From a virus, in the IMG/VR virus record IMGVR_UViG_3300017963_000003, positions 1 to 64,000 of that record: a stretch of 64,000 nucleotides of DNA, one strand, 5' to 3'. Shown piece after piece: positions 1 to 9,066 of this stretch; the stretch's first letter is position 1, and the number at the start of each line of letters is the position of its first letter. The notes below the pieces were generated by a model that made no database searches, was not told the origin of the DNA, and worked only from the letters and a program-made list of their open reading frames with translations. The position numbers and the translations under genes were made by a program.

Positions 1-170
1 GCCCATGGGAGGCGCGGCAGCCGGAGGAGCAGCGGCAGCCGGCGGTGCGCCCATGGGAGGCGCGGCAGCCGGAGGAGCAGCGGCAGCCGGAGGAGCAGCG
101 GCAGCCGGAGGAGCAGCGGCAGCCGGAGGAGCAGCGGCAGCCGGAGGAGCAGCGGCAGCCGGCGGTGCGC
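1..170. repeat. Coding tandem repeat, 18-bp unit GGAGGAGCAGCGGCAGCC (PPAAAA on the minus strand)
   Basis: Five perfect units at 71-160 and one at 23-40; bases 1-40 are duplicated at 49-88. Confidence 0.95.
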
Positions 171-1269
171 CAACGGGGGAAGCACCCACCGGAGGAGCGC
201 CCGCAGGCATACCAGCGGGAACACCGACAGGAGCACTCGAAGCGTCAGGGGCAGCGTTGTAATCCGCACCGGCCTGGGACTGTTGCTGCTGTGAGACGTA
301 GAACCGTCCCTCCTCGTACGAAAGGAGGTGAACGAAGTCCGTCGGGTCCACCATAGCCGACTGGTTCTGAATGTAGGCAAGCCACGCATCGTCGTAGGCG
401 TAGTACCGGTTGACGAACATGACGTCGTACTCCGTCTTCATCAGCGAGCCGGGCTTGCACTTCGAGGTGTCCTTGACCACAGAGAGAACCGGGAAGCCCT
501 GATCGGTAGGGCTGAAGAAAGCGAACCCTCCTCCACCCGCGACCTCAGCACTCGCCGTGTACAGGTTGAGAAGCTTTGCGTGGACCTTCTTCGGAGCGAA
601 CCAGATCTGGTGAGCGACCTGGGCCTCGTCACCCTCGTCGCGCGGACGAACCCCCAAGAACTTGTCGTGGTCGAACACCATGATGACGTACTTGCTGGCG
701 GCCTGCATGCTCCTGGCCATCTTGCGCTCGGCCGACAGGATGGGATCGTTGTCTACGTACTGCCAGTAGCCGTCCTTGGAGAGAGACTTCTTGTCGACGC
801 CACACGACTCCCACCGGGCGTTGTACGCATCCCAGTGGCGCTGCTCTTCCTCGCAAAACGCACACCGAACCGGCTGATCGAAGAGCGGTCCACAACCGAG
901 GCTCTCCACGAGGTACTTGTTCATCTCGATGGGACAGAGCACCGTGCTGTACCCGATTGTTCCATCAGGTCGAGAGAAGTTCTGGACGTTGTGCACCGGA
1001 AGCTTGAAGTAGAAGGTGTTGATGGGGTTGGACGCATCGAGCGCCACCAAACCACCTCCCGGTCCTACCATCCCGTACTTCTGAACCATCTCCGCCGTCG
1101 GGTTGAAAAGACGCCAGTAATGCGGAGAGAAGAGAGGGACGAGGATGTTGTTGGTGTGAGTGGCACCAGCCTTGTCCGGAAGAGGCTTCCACAACTCTCT
1201 CGGGGAGGAGCCGCCCTTCTTCGACTCTGCCTCCTGCTCACGCTGATAGGGCATAGAAAAACCGTTCAT
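1..1269 (-). CDS. Probable single-stranded DNA-binding protein (T4 gp32-like), 3'-truncated by the window edge, with a Pro/Ala low-complexity tail
   Basis: Absent from the ORF track because there is no stop in the window. Manual translation from ATG 1269 (ATGA overlap with the upstream stop) stays open to base 1: MNGFSMPYQREQEAESKKGGSSPRELWKPLPDK...YFKLPVHNVQNF...VLCPIEM...CAFCEEEQRHW...KYVIMVFD...QIWFAPKKV...TEYDV...(PPAAAA)n. This layout resembles gp32-like SSBs. Confidence 0.6.
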   Translation of the reverse strand, partial: MNGFSMPYQREQEAESKKGGSSPRELWKPLPDKAGATHTNNILVPLFSPHYWRLFNPTAEMVQKYGMVGPGGGLVALDASNPINTFYFKLPVHNVQNFSRPDGTIGYSTVLCPIEMNKYLVESLGCGPLFDQPVRCAFCEEEQRHWDAYNARWESCGVDKKSLSKDGYWQYVDNDPILSAERKMARSMQAASKYVIMVFDHDKFLGVRPRDEGDEAQVAHQIWFAPKKVHAKLLNLYTASAEVAGGGGFAFFSPTDQGFPVLSVVKDTSKCKPGSLMKTEYDVMFVNRYYAYDDAWLAYIQNQSAMVDPTDFVHLLSYEEGRFYVSQQQQSQAGADYNAAPDASSAPVGVPAGMPAGAPPVGASPVGAPPAAAAPPAAAAPPAAAAPPAAAAPPAAAAPPAAAPPMGAPPAAAAPPAAAPPMG

Positions 1270-1919
1270 GAACTTCCTCCCATTTGCCGCATCAAGGCGG
1301 CTTCGTCGAGGGCCATTGGCCCGATGTTCCCTTTTTTGGCCATCTGCATCTTGGCGTACAGATCCAGATGGAAGGATTGGCTGTTCAGCCGGTCCGCTAC
1401 CTTGTGTACGATCTCGAACTCTTCTTGAAGACGGCGCAAGGTATCCACCACCGTCTCGAAGTACCAAGCGCTCTCGCCCAGCAAGTACTTGTACATATCG
1501 GCGTAATACTCCTCTGCGGAACCCTTGTACCCCTTGCGGGATGCCAGGTTGAACGCCGCCGTACAGAACTTCATACGCTCATTATCGGACGCATCCGCAG
1601 TATAGATCTGGATGGCGGTATCCTGGATCACAGAAGCCGTCGGCTTGTTGTCGCCGTAAGAAGACAAGAGAGCCCGAGCATAGCTATTACTGTGCGCCCA
1701 CCACTTCCGTGACCAGTTCTCCTTGAAGCCCTCGTACCTACTCTTCAGACGAATCGCCAAGGCCTCCCAGTACGCCTGGATACCGGCATGCGTCTGAAGC
1801 ATCTCCTCCACGTCCTCCGGGCGAAACGTGAGCATCTGCTGTACGTCCTGCTCGGGCAGGTTCTCGTTCAGAGACACCGTGACGTAACCCCCGTTGACAC
1901 CTATGGAGAAGTTACCCAT
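1266..1919 (-). CDS. Hypothetical helical protein, possibly a UvsY-like recombination mediator
   Basis: 217-aa ORF coupled to both neighbours. The helical segment MLQTHAGIQAYWEALAIRLKSRYE and its position next to the SSB give only a weak functional hint. Confidence 0.6.
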   Translation of the reverse strand: MGNFSIGVNGGYVTVSLNENLPEQDVQQMLTFRPEDVEEMLQTHAGIQAYWEALAIRLKSRYEGFKENWSRKWWAHSNSYARALLSSYGDNKPTASVIQDTAIQIYTADASDNERMKFCTAAFNLASRKGYKGSAEEYYADMYKYLLGESAWYFETVVDTLRRLQEEFEIVHKVADRLNSQSFHLDLYAKMQMAKKGNIGPMALDEAALMRQMGGSS

Positions 1920-2570
1920 CTACTCACTGCCCTGAGAGCCGCCTTGCGGGAACTGGCCCGGCGTGAGACCCAAATTGTTGAGCCCCTGCACGTAATCCGA
2001 AGCGTCGTCCAAGCTCAGCCCCACCCCAGACGGGCCGATGATGCCCTGCGTCCAGAACACACCGAACTTGTGCAGAACCTTCGAAAAGTCCTGGGTATCG
2101 TGCCCGAGGTTGCCATCCATGCCGGGCTTGATGTGCAGCATCTCGTGGTAAAGCGTGATCGTCTCCAAGATATCGATCATCTTCTCGGACTCTTCGCCCG
2201 CACCGACCTTGGCACGGATGGCGCTGTCGTTGAGCGTAATGACGTACCGGGGATCGAGAAGACTGGCTTGACTCTTCACGAAAGACGTCAGATCGAGCAA
2301 CCCGGCGTGAACCAAAGAGGCGATGATGTGCCGGTAAACAGTAGGCTGGGACTTCGAACCCACGTAGCGGCATTCCCCGAGCCACTTGCCGTTATTTACC
2401 CCTATCGCCCTTACGAATACGACGCGCTGAAGGTCGATGTGCCCCAGGTCCTCCGAAAATTTCTCGACCAACGCTTCTGCTCGATCCCGAAGAGACTCTT
2501 CGAGCACCCACCGGTCGCCCTTCGGACCCACCAGCTCCAGCACCTCGTTCAACAGATCCCGTTCTTCCAT
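1920..2570 (-). CDS. Putative phage metallopeptidase (HExxH)
   Basis: LYHEMLHI zinc-binding motif followed by GHDTQDF. ATG 2570 has an AGGAG SD and is preferred over the track start at 2594. Confidence 0.7.
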   Translation of the reverse strand: MEERDLLNEVLELVGPKGDRWVLEESLRDRAEALVEKFSEDLGHIDLQRVVFVRAIGVNNGKWLGECRYVGSKSQPTVYRHIIASLVHAGLLDLTSFVKSQASLLDPRYVITLNDSAIRAKVGAGEESEKMIDILETITLYHEMLHIKPGMDGNLGHDTQDFSKVLHKFGVFWTQGIIGPSGVGLSLDDASDYVQGLNNLGLTPGQFPQGGSQGSE

Positions 2571-2757
2571 CTCTGAGACTCCTATACTCCTCAAGGGTCA
2601 ATTTGCGGATCTCAAAAAACCCACAGATACGGCACCACAGCTGAAGGTGACACGCCTCGTCTGTGACCACCGTCCCTCGTACCCGGAGGAAGCGATCTTC
2701 GCAGTTCGGACACCTCTGACGATCAAACCACGAATCTCTGTACTCCTCACTTCGCAA
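2392..2757 (-). CDS. Possible small zinc-ribbon protein (start uncertain)
   Basis: CPNC...CRIC pair fills the gap between dnaX and the peptidase, but there is no clear SD and the frame overlaps the next gene by about 180 nt. Confidence 0.3.
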   Translation of the reverse strand: MRSEEYRDSWFDRQRCPNCEDRFLRVRGTVVTDEACHLQLWCRICGFFEIRKLTLEEYRSLRDGRTGSVERGAGAGGSEGRPVGARRVSSGSSRSVGREIFGGPGAHRPSARRIRKGDRGK

Positions 2758-3829
2758 CGCTGCATACCTTGGCCGCGAACATGCTCCAAACAACCTTGGG
2801 GTCTGGAGCGTACCGCATGAGCTGGGAAGTCTCCTCCCACTCTCGAACCAGGTACCGAACGTCATCGAGACCTAACCTTAAATTACAAGAAAGGGACTCG
2901 TAGGGTAGCCCAGTTTTGTACGCCCCGGTATCTGCGGGGATACCCGACAGGTAGAGCATAAAATCGTGCAGCAGCGTAGGGATTCCGTCCAAAAACAGCG
3001 TACGCAGGTCCCGACCCTCAGAGTTCCACGAACGGATTTCCTCCATGAAGACCCGGAGATTTTTCTGATCGAGGACCTCAGCCATATCACCGAACTCCTC
3101 CCTCGAAACTACCCCCACAGCCTCCTTGAGAAGGTTGACGTCCAGAGGACCATCCCCGGAAGCGATAACCAGGGATTCCAAAATCTGCTGGGTATCCCTC
3201 AACGATCCACCGCCGAGCAGGCTCAGTCGCTCGACGAACTCCTCCGTATGCGACTTACCTTCGGTCTGGAGAATACGCCGTACCCCCTCTGCTACCTCGG
3301 AAGAAGTGAAGGACCTCAGCGGCATCGACAGACACCGTGACCGCAACGTGTCCGACAGCTTCTGGGGGTCTGTGGTTACGAGTAGGAAGACGGTGTTCCG
3401 AGGGGGCTCCTCTACAAGCTTCAACAAGGCTGCCTGGGCTCCTTTGGAGAGCATGTGACACTCGTCGAAAATGATCACCCGGTATCGGTGGACGATGACC
3501 TGCTTCAGCAGACCCTCTAGCTCGCGGACATCATCTACGCCGTTGTAGGTAGCAGCATCACGCTCCAGGATGGACTGGTGGCTATCGTAAAGCTCCCTAC
3601 ACGAGGAGCACACCCCACAGACATCCCCGGCTTGCATGAAGCTGTCGCAGTTCAAAGCCCGCGCGTACAAACGGGCCAAGGTGGTCTTCCCGGTCCCCCT
3701 GATTCCCGCAAAAAGTACCGCCCCCGGAACCCTGCCCATCAGGATCGAGTTCACCAGGATGCGCACAGACACCGGCTGTCCGATGACCTCTGAGAATGAC
3801 CGAGGACGGTACTTGATCGAGAACTGCAT
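2747..3829 (-). CDS. dnaX: Clamp loader, DNA polymerase III gamma/tau-like AAA+ subunit
   Basis: Starts MQFSIKYRPRSFSEVIGQ; Walker A GIRGTGKTT; zinc module C..CGVCSSC; Walker B IIFDECH; SRC motif. About 360 aa (gamma length). Confidence 0.93.
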   Translation of the reverse strand: MQFSIKYRPRSFSEVIGQPVSVRILVNSILMGRVPGAVLFAGIRGTGKTTLARLYARALNCDSFMQAGDVCGVCSSCRELYDSHQSILERDAATYNGVDDVRELEGLLKQVIVHRYRVIIFDECHMLSKGAQAALLKLVEEPPRNTVFLLVTTDPQKLSDTLRSRCLSMPLRSFTSSEVAEGVRRILQTEGKSHTEEFVERLSLLGGGSLRDTQQILESLVIASGDGPLDVNLLKEAVGVVSREEFGDMAEVLDQKNLRVFMEEIRSWNSEGRDLRTLFLDGIPTLLHDFMLYLSGIPADTGAYKTGLPYESLSCNLRLGLDDVRYLVREWEETSQLMRYAPDPKVVWSMFAAKVCSVAK

Positions 3830-3830
3830 G

Positions 3831-4754
3831 CTACTTGTAGTAGGAGAGGTCCCTCTCGTAGAACTCCTTGAACGCCTGCTTGATACGCACCACCCGAGGA
3901 GTCTTGTTCTCAGGCTTACCCCAACCCCAGTTGCCGAACTTGGACCGGTTGACGCGCTTCCACGCCTCCACGAAGACCTGCTCCGGCCAATCACCGATGC
4001 GCTTCTTGGAGTTCTGGAACAGCCGATAGGCCGCAGCAGGGTTGTTCTGCCACAGGTTCAAGAAGAGGGCCACGCAGCCGCTCGACCACCCCGCCTCCTG
4101 GTCCGCCATGACCAGATCATTGATCGTAGCTCCCCCAAGAGGGCTACGGGGGTGTTGCATCTGGCGTGAGAACTCCTGCTCCGCGAAATGGGCCTGGGCA
4201 GCGGCCATCCCGAACGCACAACCCATATCCGCGAACAGACGAGCGAGACGGAGAGCGAACCGCTTCTGGCTCTGGAAGCTGTCCGGGTGCGCAACACGAC
4301 CCATGCAGATGTCGACGATCTTCTTCTTCTGGGCTTTCTTACGAGGATCGAGCACCTGCGCTTGAACGCCCCCAGGTACCCACACGAACTTACCCCCAGT
4401 GATCCTGAAACCGAACTGCTCGAACTTCTGGCAACCAGTCTCTTCGTCACAGCAGATCACGTCGAAGAGGGTATCGTGATCGTCCTCCGCACCGTCAAAG
4501 TCGTAACAAGGGATCGACTTGAGGCTCTCCAGGAACTTCTGGAGTCGACCGCTCGTGAACGTCCACTGCATGAACCCAAAGGTGACTCCGGTCTCGTCAT
4601 ACATGACCACAGTGTCGTGCGCGCCCTCACACCGAGCCACGACACCGAGAACACGCTGCATCGGGGTAAGAGGCCCCGGAGGGTCGTAAAGGTTCTCCCC
4701 TCGTACACGAGGGCCTCCCCCGTCCTTCCACTTCACCCACGTCGCCTTAGCCAT
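3831..4754 (-). CDS. Probable lysozyme-like peptidoglycan hydrolase (endolysin candidate)
   Basis: VVARCEGAHDTVVMYDETGVTFGFMQWT resembles the EG..D....YD...SFG..QW signature of lysozyme-fold muralytic proteins. Confidence 0.5.
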   Translation of the reverse strand: MAKATWVKWKDGGGPRVRGENLYDPPGPLTPMQRVLGVVARCEGAHDTVVMYDETGVTFGFMQWTFTSGRLQKFLESLKSIPCYDFDGAEDDHDTLFDVICCDEETGCQKFEQFGFRITGGKFVWVPGGVQAQVLDPRKKAQKKKIVDICMGRVAHPDSFQSQKRFALRLARLFADMGCAFGMAAAQAHFAEQEFSRQMQHPRSPLGGATINDLVMADQEAGWSSGCVALFLNLWQNNPAAAYRLFQNSKKRIGDWPEQVFVEAWKRVNRSKFGNWGWGKPENKTPRVVRIKQAFKEFYERDLSYYK

Positions 4755-5571
4755 TGGAGGACCCCTTCTTCTTCGTGGCCTTCTTCTTCGTGGCCTTCTT
4801 CCCGTCCACCAGCAACGGCACCTTGCGCGTAGCGACCTTCTTCTTCGCGACCTTCTTCTTCGCGACCTTCTTCTTCGCGACCTTCTTCTTCGCGACCTTC
4901 TTCTTCGCGACCTTCTTCTTCGCGACCTTCTTCTCGTGCACCCGCATGTGAGCCTTCAATCCAGCGGCAGACTTAGCCTTGAAACCACAAACGGGGCAAC
5001 GGAGGGCCTTATCGGTCTCGATGGCCTCCTCGGCGGCCTTGCGCTTAGACCGGAAAGCGTCGTCTCCCGTGTATTCGCACTTCGTCTCCCTGTGGAGGTT
5101 GAAGTCGTCCTCGTCACGGAAACCGAGACCGCAATCGGGACACCAGAAGGGGATCTCATCCTCGGGAGCCGTAGAACGCTCCGGACGGAGTCCCTTCTTC
5201 TTCTGCATGAAGTACTGCAACCGCTCCATGAGCATCCGGTAGGACGTGTAGGAGGTACCATCCCGGTCGGTGAGGACGTCCCGGATAGAACGACGCATCA
5301 CGGATAGGTCAAAGAGATTCTCCTTCAAGAACGTCAAGACCCCCAAAATGGAACGCACGTTGTGCCGGCGAGCACGAGCCGACGCCAAAGCCCTCTCGTG
5401 GAACCGGATCTGTCCCTCCAGCTCCGCGTCTTCCTCTCGAAAAGACTCCAAGATGAGATCGAACTTCGTCAAGACAGCGCCCTTGAAGTCGTTGCTGGAC
5501 CCAAAAACTTCCTCAGCCATCTTTGCGTGAACGTCCTCGACGTCCAAGTTCTTCTTCTTCGATTCAGTCAT
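4747..5571 (-). CDS. Zinc-finger (C2HC + C2H2) protein with coiled coil and histone H1-like Lys-rich tail
   Basis: CPDC-x12-H-x4-C and CPVC-x12-H-x3-H fingers followed by (KKVAK)n and KKATKKK. ATG 5571 has a GAGGAGAGG SD. Confidence 0.8.
   Translation of the reverse strand: MTESKKKNLDVEDVHAKMAEEVFGSSNDFKGAVLTKFDLILESFREEDAELEGQIRFHERALASARARRHNVRSILGVLTFLKENLFDLSVMRRSIRDVLTDRDGTSYTSYRMLMERLQYFMQKKKGLRPERSTAPEDEIPFWCPDCGLGFRDEDDFNLHRETKCEYTGDDAFRSKRKAAEEAIETDKALRCPVCGFKAKSAAGLKAHMRVHEKKVAKKKVAKKKVAKKKVAKKKVAKKKVAKKKVATRKVPLLVDGKKATKKKATKKKGSSNG
4832..4934. repeat. Coding tandem repeat, 15-bp unit GCGACCTTCTTCTTC (KKVAK on the minus strand)
   Basis: Six perfect copies plus a 13/15 partial copy. 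Confidence 0.97.
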
Positions 5572-5581
5572 CCTCTCCTCC

Positions 5582-7789
5582 TTACACAGCGTCTTCTTGG
5601 ATGTGCTTGTCACTCCAACGCTGCACAATTTCAGTGTCCACCAACAACGGTACCCGGAACTGTGTCATCTCTCTGAGCCGGACAGTCATCGCGTCATCCA
5701 TGATCGCGCACACCTGATCGATGCAAGAAGTATGGGCGTACACTACCAATTCATCGTGGATATGCAAAATAGGTGCTGCGGGCAACTCGTGACGATGGAT
5801 CTCCTGGTTGATCCAGACCAGCGATAAGGAAGCCATGTCCACGGCAGTACCCTGAATAGGGCTGTTGACGGATTGACGCAGCGCGCGACCCACCTTGCCC
5901 TTCACGTAGCGAGCTTCCCTGTTGATGACGCACGAGTGGAGATGCGGGCACGCCTTGCACTTCTCGAACTGCCTGCTCTTGACTGCCCGCATGTGATCAC
6001 GAAGCTGCTCGGTAGTGATCTGATAGAGTTCCTGAGGATCGATGCCAAGCCATAGTGGGTACGGGCCGTCCTTGTAGCACGGAGGACGCGACTCCCACTT
6101 GGGAGCGGCTACGGTAGGCGGTACCTGTAGTTGAGCATCGGGAAGATGACGTCTACGCCCAAACAGGTTGTTCACGTACCCGTAAGCCTTAACGAACGCG
6201 TGCGTATCATCGATCCATTGACGAAGCACAGGGGCTGCCCCGAAGTAGTCGTCGTTTATAAGAGTGTGTGCCTCATCAGGGGTCATCCCGAGCCTCTCCG
6301 CCAAGGAGAACTCGCTCTGCCCGTAAATGATACCGAAGTTGACCGTCTTGGCCTTGGAGCGATCCGCCTTATGCTGCCGCTTCACCTCCTCGGGTGAGAG
6401 ATTCGGATGCCAGATCTTGGCAGCCATGGCCGCGTGCATGTCGTGCCCTGCGTTGAAACCATCGATCCAGACCGGCTCTCCTGATAAGTGAGCAGCCACC
6501 CGCAATTCGATCTGGGAGAAATCCTTGAAGATCAACCTGTAGTCATCCGCAGCGCACCACATCGACTTCACGATCAAGCCGCCGTTCTCTGGTCTGGGCA
6601 ACGTGGTGAGGTTCGGGTCGGCGCACTTCAGACGCCCAGTAGCAGAATCCATCCAGAACGTAGGGTGGACCCACCCCACTCGACCTCCATTGGTGACCTC
6701 CTCCACCTTGTCGAGAGCCGCCTCCGCGTACAAACCGTGGATCTGCTGCGCTCTACGGAAATTGAGCAAAGGTTCTCGAATAGGGTGCTCAAGACCCTTC
6801 AAGGCGTCTGCATCGGTAACCCACTCCTTATGCTTGTTCTTCTTCCCTGGCAGACCCAGCGTTTCGAAAAGCATCTGACCGAGCTGCTTGGGTGAACCCA
6901 CGTTGAACTTCGCCCCGCACATCTGGTGTACCGCTCGCTCAGAATCCAGGAGAACCTTCGCCTGCTCGTTGAGAACCTGACGCGCCACCTTGAGGTCGAG
7001 CGGAACCCCGTGCAGCTCCATCAAGGTCAGCGTGTGCTGGAGCGGCATGATGAGATTGTTGAAAACCCACGTCAGCCCCTCTTCCTCCAGCATGGGCGTG
7101 AAAACGAACTTGAGAGCCAACGTGAGGTCGGCATCAGCACAAGCGTAGGGGTATAGGACCTTCAACGGCACCTTGGAGTACCGCTTCATGTGCTGATCGT
7201 AGAACTGGAGAGCCTGCTGGAGGTCGTCCTTGAAGTAGCTAGCCCCTTGAGACAGGTACGCGTCCGAAATACCGAGCTTGATCACCTTTCCGTCGACGGA
7301 GAAATCGGACTTCAGCGCGTGAGAAGACACCAGCCGCTCCTCGTCGAGAAGAGCGTGAGCGAGCATGGTGTCGAACGTCAAGTTCCTAGTGTGGATGCCC
7401 ATCAGAGCGGCTAGCTGCCGAACATCGAACTTTCCGTTATGGGCGACCTTGGGAATGTCGGTCTCCAAGATCTCCTTGAGGGACCCCTCGGCGTTTTGTT
7501 GACGAGCACCCCAGTACGGGCCGTCGTCGGAACGACTCACCGGGACGTATGCCGCCGTACCCGCTTCCCACGGAAGTGCCTGGGTACGGCCCCATGCGAA
7601 CGAGATGCCCGCTACGCGGTGAACAAAGTCTTCGGGAAGCTTCTTCTTACCCTTCCAGGTAGGGTGGTTGGTCTCGATGTCGAAAGCGAATTCAGCAGAA
7701 CGCCCCAACTCCTCAAGAAGCCATGACAACTTCTTGGGGGTGTCGACGAGGTGGTAAGAAGGGGGCGCCTCTACCTTCGAGAAGAACAT
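5582..7789 (-). CDS. polA: Family A DNA polymerase (3'-5' exonuclease + polymerase, no 5' nuclease domain)
   Basis: ExoI FDIET, ExoII HNGKFD, ExoIII YACADAD; motif A DFSQIELR, motif B RSKAKTVNFGIIYG, motif C HDELV. Confidence 0.96.
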   Translation of the reverse strand: MFFSKVEAPPSYHLVDTPKKLSWLLEELGRSAEFAFDIETNHPTWKGKKKLPEDFVHRVAGISFAWGRTQALPWEAGTAAYVPVSRSDDGPYWGARQQNAEGSLKEILETDIPKVAHNGKFDVRQLAALMGIHTRNLTFDTMLAHALLDEERLVSSHALKSDFSVDGKVIKLGISDAYLSQGASYFKDDLQQALQFYDQHMKRYSKVPLKVLYPYACADADLTLALKFVFTPMLEEEGLTWVFNNLIMPLQHTLTLMELHGVPLDLKVARQVLNEQAKVLLDSERAVHQMCGAKFNVGSPKQLGQMLFETLGLPGKKNKHKEWVTDADALKGLEHPIREPLLNFRRAQQIHGLYAEAALDKVEEVTNGGRVGWVHPTFWMDSATGRLKCADPNLTTLPRPENGGLIVKSMWCAADDYRLIFKDFSQIELRVAAHLSGEPVWIDGFNAGHDMHAAMAAKIWHPNLSPEEVKRQHKADRSKAKTVNFGIIYGQSEFSLAERLGMTPDEAHTLINDDYFGAAPVLRQWIDDTHAFVKAYGYVNNLFGRRRHLPDAQLQVPPTVAAPKWESRPPCYKDGPYPLWLGIDPQELYQITTEQLRDHMRAVKSRQFEKCKACPHLHSCVINREARYVKGKVGRALRQSVNSPIQGTAVDMASLSLVWINQEIHRHELPAAPILHIHDELVVYAHTSCIDQVCAIMDDAMTVRLREMTQFRVPLLVDTEIVQRWSDKHIQEDAV

Positions 7790-8365
7790 CTACCACCTCC
7801 GCGCAGAAGCAGACGTGCTGTCACCCCAGTTGTCGCGCACGTACATCCACGCCCGGAGCAACACGATGATGAGATCACGGAGGTCCCGTTGCTGGATGAA
7901 GAACTCCCTCTCCCGATCTCCCGCTCCGTTAACGTACTCCCTCCAGCAACACACCGAGAAGGAGGTCACCTCTCCTTCCTCGGTGGCCACAAGCTCCGCG
8001 ACCACCGACCCTTTGCTGAACTCCTTGAGAGACGTAACGTCCTGCATGACCGCAGAGGGCTCAAGCTCCTTGAGACCTGAGCAGGAGCTGCCGGACATCT
8101 CCGGCACTTCACGTGCGCCGTCACCGTCACGCATCTCCTTGTGACGCTCAGAGATGTAGGTCATCGCTTCCACGACCGACATCACCATCAACGGAATATT
8201 GGGGACTCGGGTGAACGGAGAAAAATACCGAGCAGTACCCTCTACACACTCCGTGGCGCACACGACATCGAAGAACACCTTCTGCGCCGACCCTACATAC
8301 TTGTGGTAGACCTCGACAACCACCCCCGAATCACCAAACTCAGCGACTTTCACAGAATCCACCAT
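7790..8365 (-). CDS. Hypothetical protein
   Basis: 191-aa ORF abutting both neighbours in the replication operon; no motif recognised with confidence. Confidence 0.7.
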   Translation of the reverse strand: MVDSVKVAEFGDSGVVVEVYHKYVGSAQKVFFDVVCATECVEGTARYFSPFTRVPNIPLMVMSVVEAMTYISERHKEMRDGDGAREVPEMSGSSCSGLKELEPSAVMQDVTSLKEFSKGSVVAELVATEEGEVTSFSVCCWREYVNGAGDREREFFIQQRDLRDLIIVLLRAWMYVRDNWGDSTSASARRW

Positions 8366-9057
8366 CAGCCGTCACCCTTACCTTTACGGAGGTTCTCCAC
8401 ATCGACGCGTCGGACGTATGCGGCGCGATCTACGAGAATCTTCTCGATTTTCCCCTTCTTGACAAGGTTGAACATCGCCACATGAGTCAAACCTTGCATC
8501 CGGGCCGCTTCCGCAACAGTCACCAACTCGTTTCCGTCGTCGTCACGGAGCTTCTTAGGGGTTGATGGGGCAGCTTGAGCCTCTTCGGGTTCTTCGGTCT
8601 CTATCTCCAGGTCCATCTGCGCCTTGTCCTTGGGGGCTTCTTCGGACTCAACAACCTCAAGCTGACCCTCGCGAAGGACGTGACGCTCCATAACCAGATC
8701 GTACAACTCCTGGAAGCTCAGCTCTCGCAGGTTATGCTTAACGCATGACAAGAACTTCTTCCGCTTAGAAAAACCTATACCCAACCTCACGCCGTAAACG
8801 GCCAAACAGAAGTGGTGCACGTCACAGGTAATGTCGCAAGGACGACCTATGATGTTACCACACTTAGGACACTTCTGACCGCCGTCCATGGGGGCCAAGA
8901 TGTTACAGATGTGACTCTCTAGCTGAGGATCAGAGAAGCACTCCCGTCCGATGACTTCCTCCCCGAGCCTAGAGGAGTAGTGCCGGTTCATCTCCTTCAG
9001 CACATCCTCGTCGAGGAGTACTTTCGGTGCTACCTTGGGCTTCTCGTTGCTCGACAC
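8365..9057 (-). CDS. Cys-rich protein with C-terminal excisionase-like HTH
   Basis: Cys cluster CFSDP...C...CPKC...CDITCDVHHFC; C-terminal LVTVAEAARMQGLTHVAMFNLVKKGKI is a typical MerR/Xis-type HTH. Confidence 0.7.
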   Translation of the reverse strand: MSSNEKPKVAPKVLLDEDVLKEMNRHYSSRLGEEVIGRECFSDPQLESHICNILAPMDGGQKCPKCGNIIGRPCDITCDVHHFCLAVYGVRLGIGFSKRKKFLSCVKHNLRELSFQELYDLVMERHVLREGQLEVVESEEAPKDKAQMDLEIETEEPEEAQAAPSTPKKLRDDDGNELVTVAEAARMQGLTHVAMFNLVKKGKIEKILVDRAAYVRRVDVENLRKGKGDG

Positions 9058-9066
9058 GACTACCTC

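Noticed and set aside
1-170. 18-bp repeats as a CRISPR array
   Set aside because: Head-to-tail units with no spacers; in-frame coding repeat.
2392-2865. dnaX-style frameshift fusing DnaX to the zinc-ribbon ORF
   Set aside because: The downstream frame is +1 relative to dnaX rather than -1, and no slippery heptamer was seen near the dnaX 3' end.
4832-4934. 15-bp repeats as a CRISPR array or iteron origin
   Set aside because: Contiguous, in frame, and encoding KKVAK inside a gene.
5895-6135. Intein or intron in polA
   Set aside because: The insert is in frame, only about 75 aa, and lacks the Cys/Ser start and His-Asn end of inteins.
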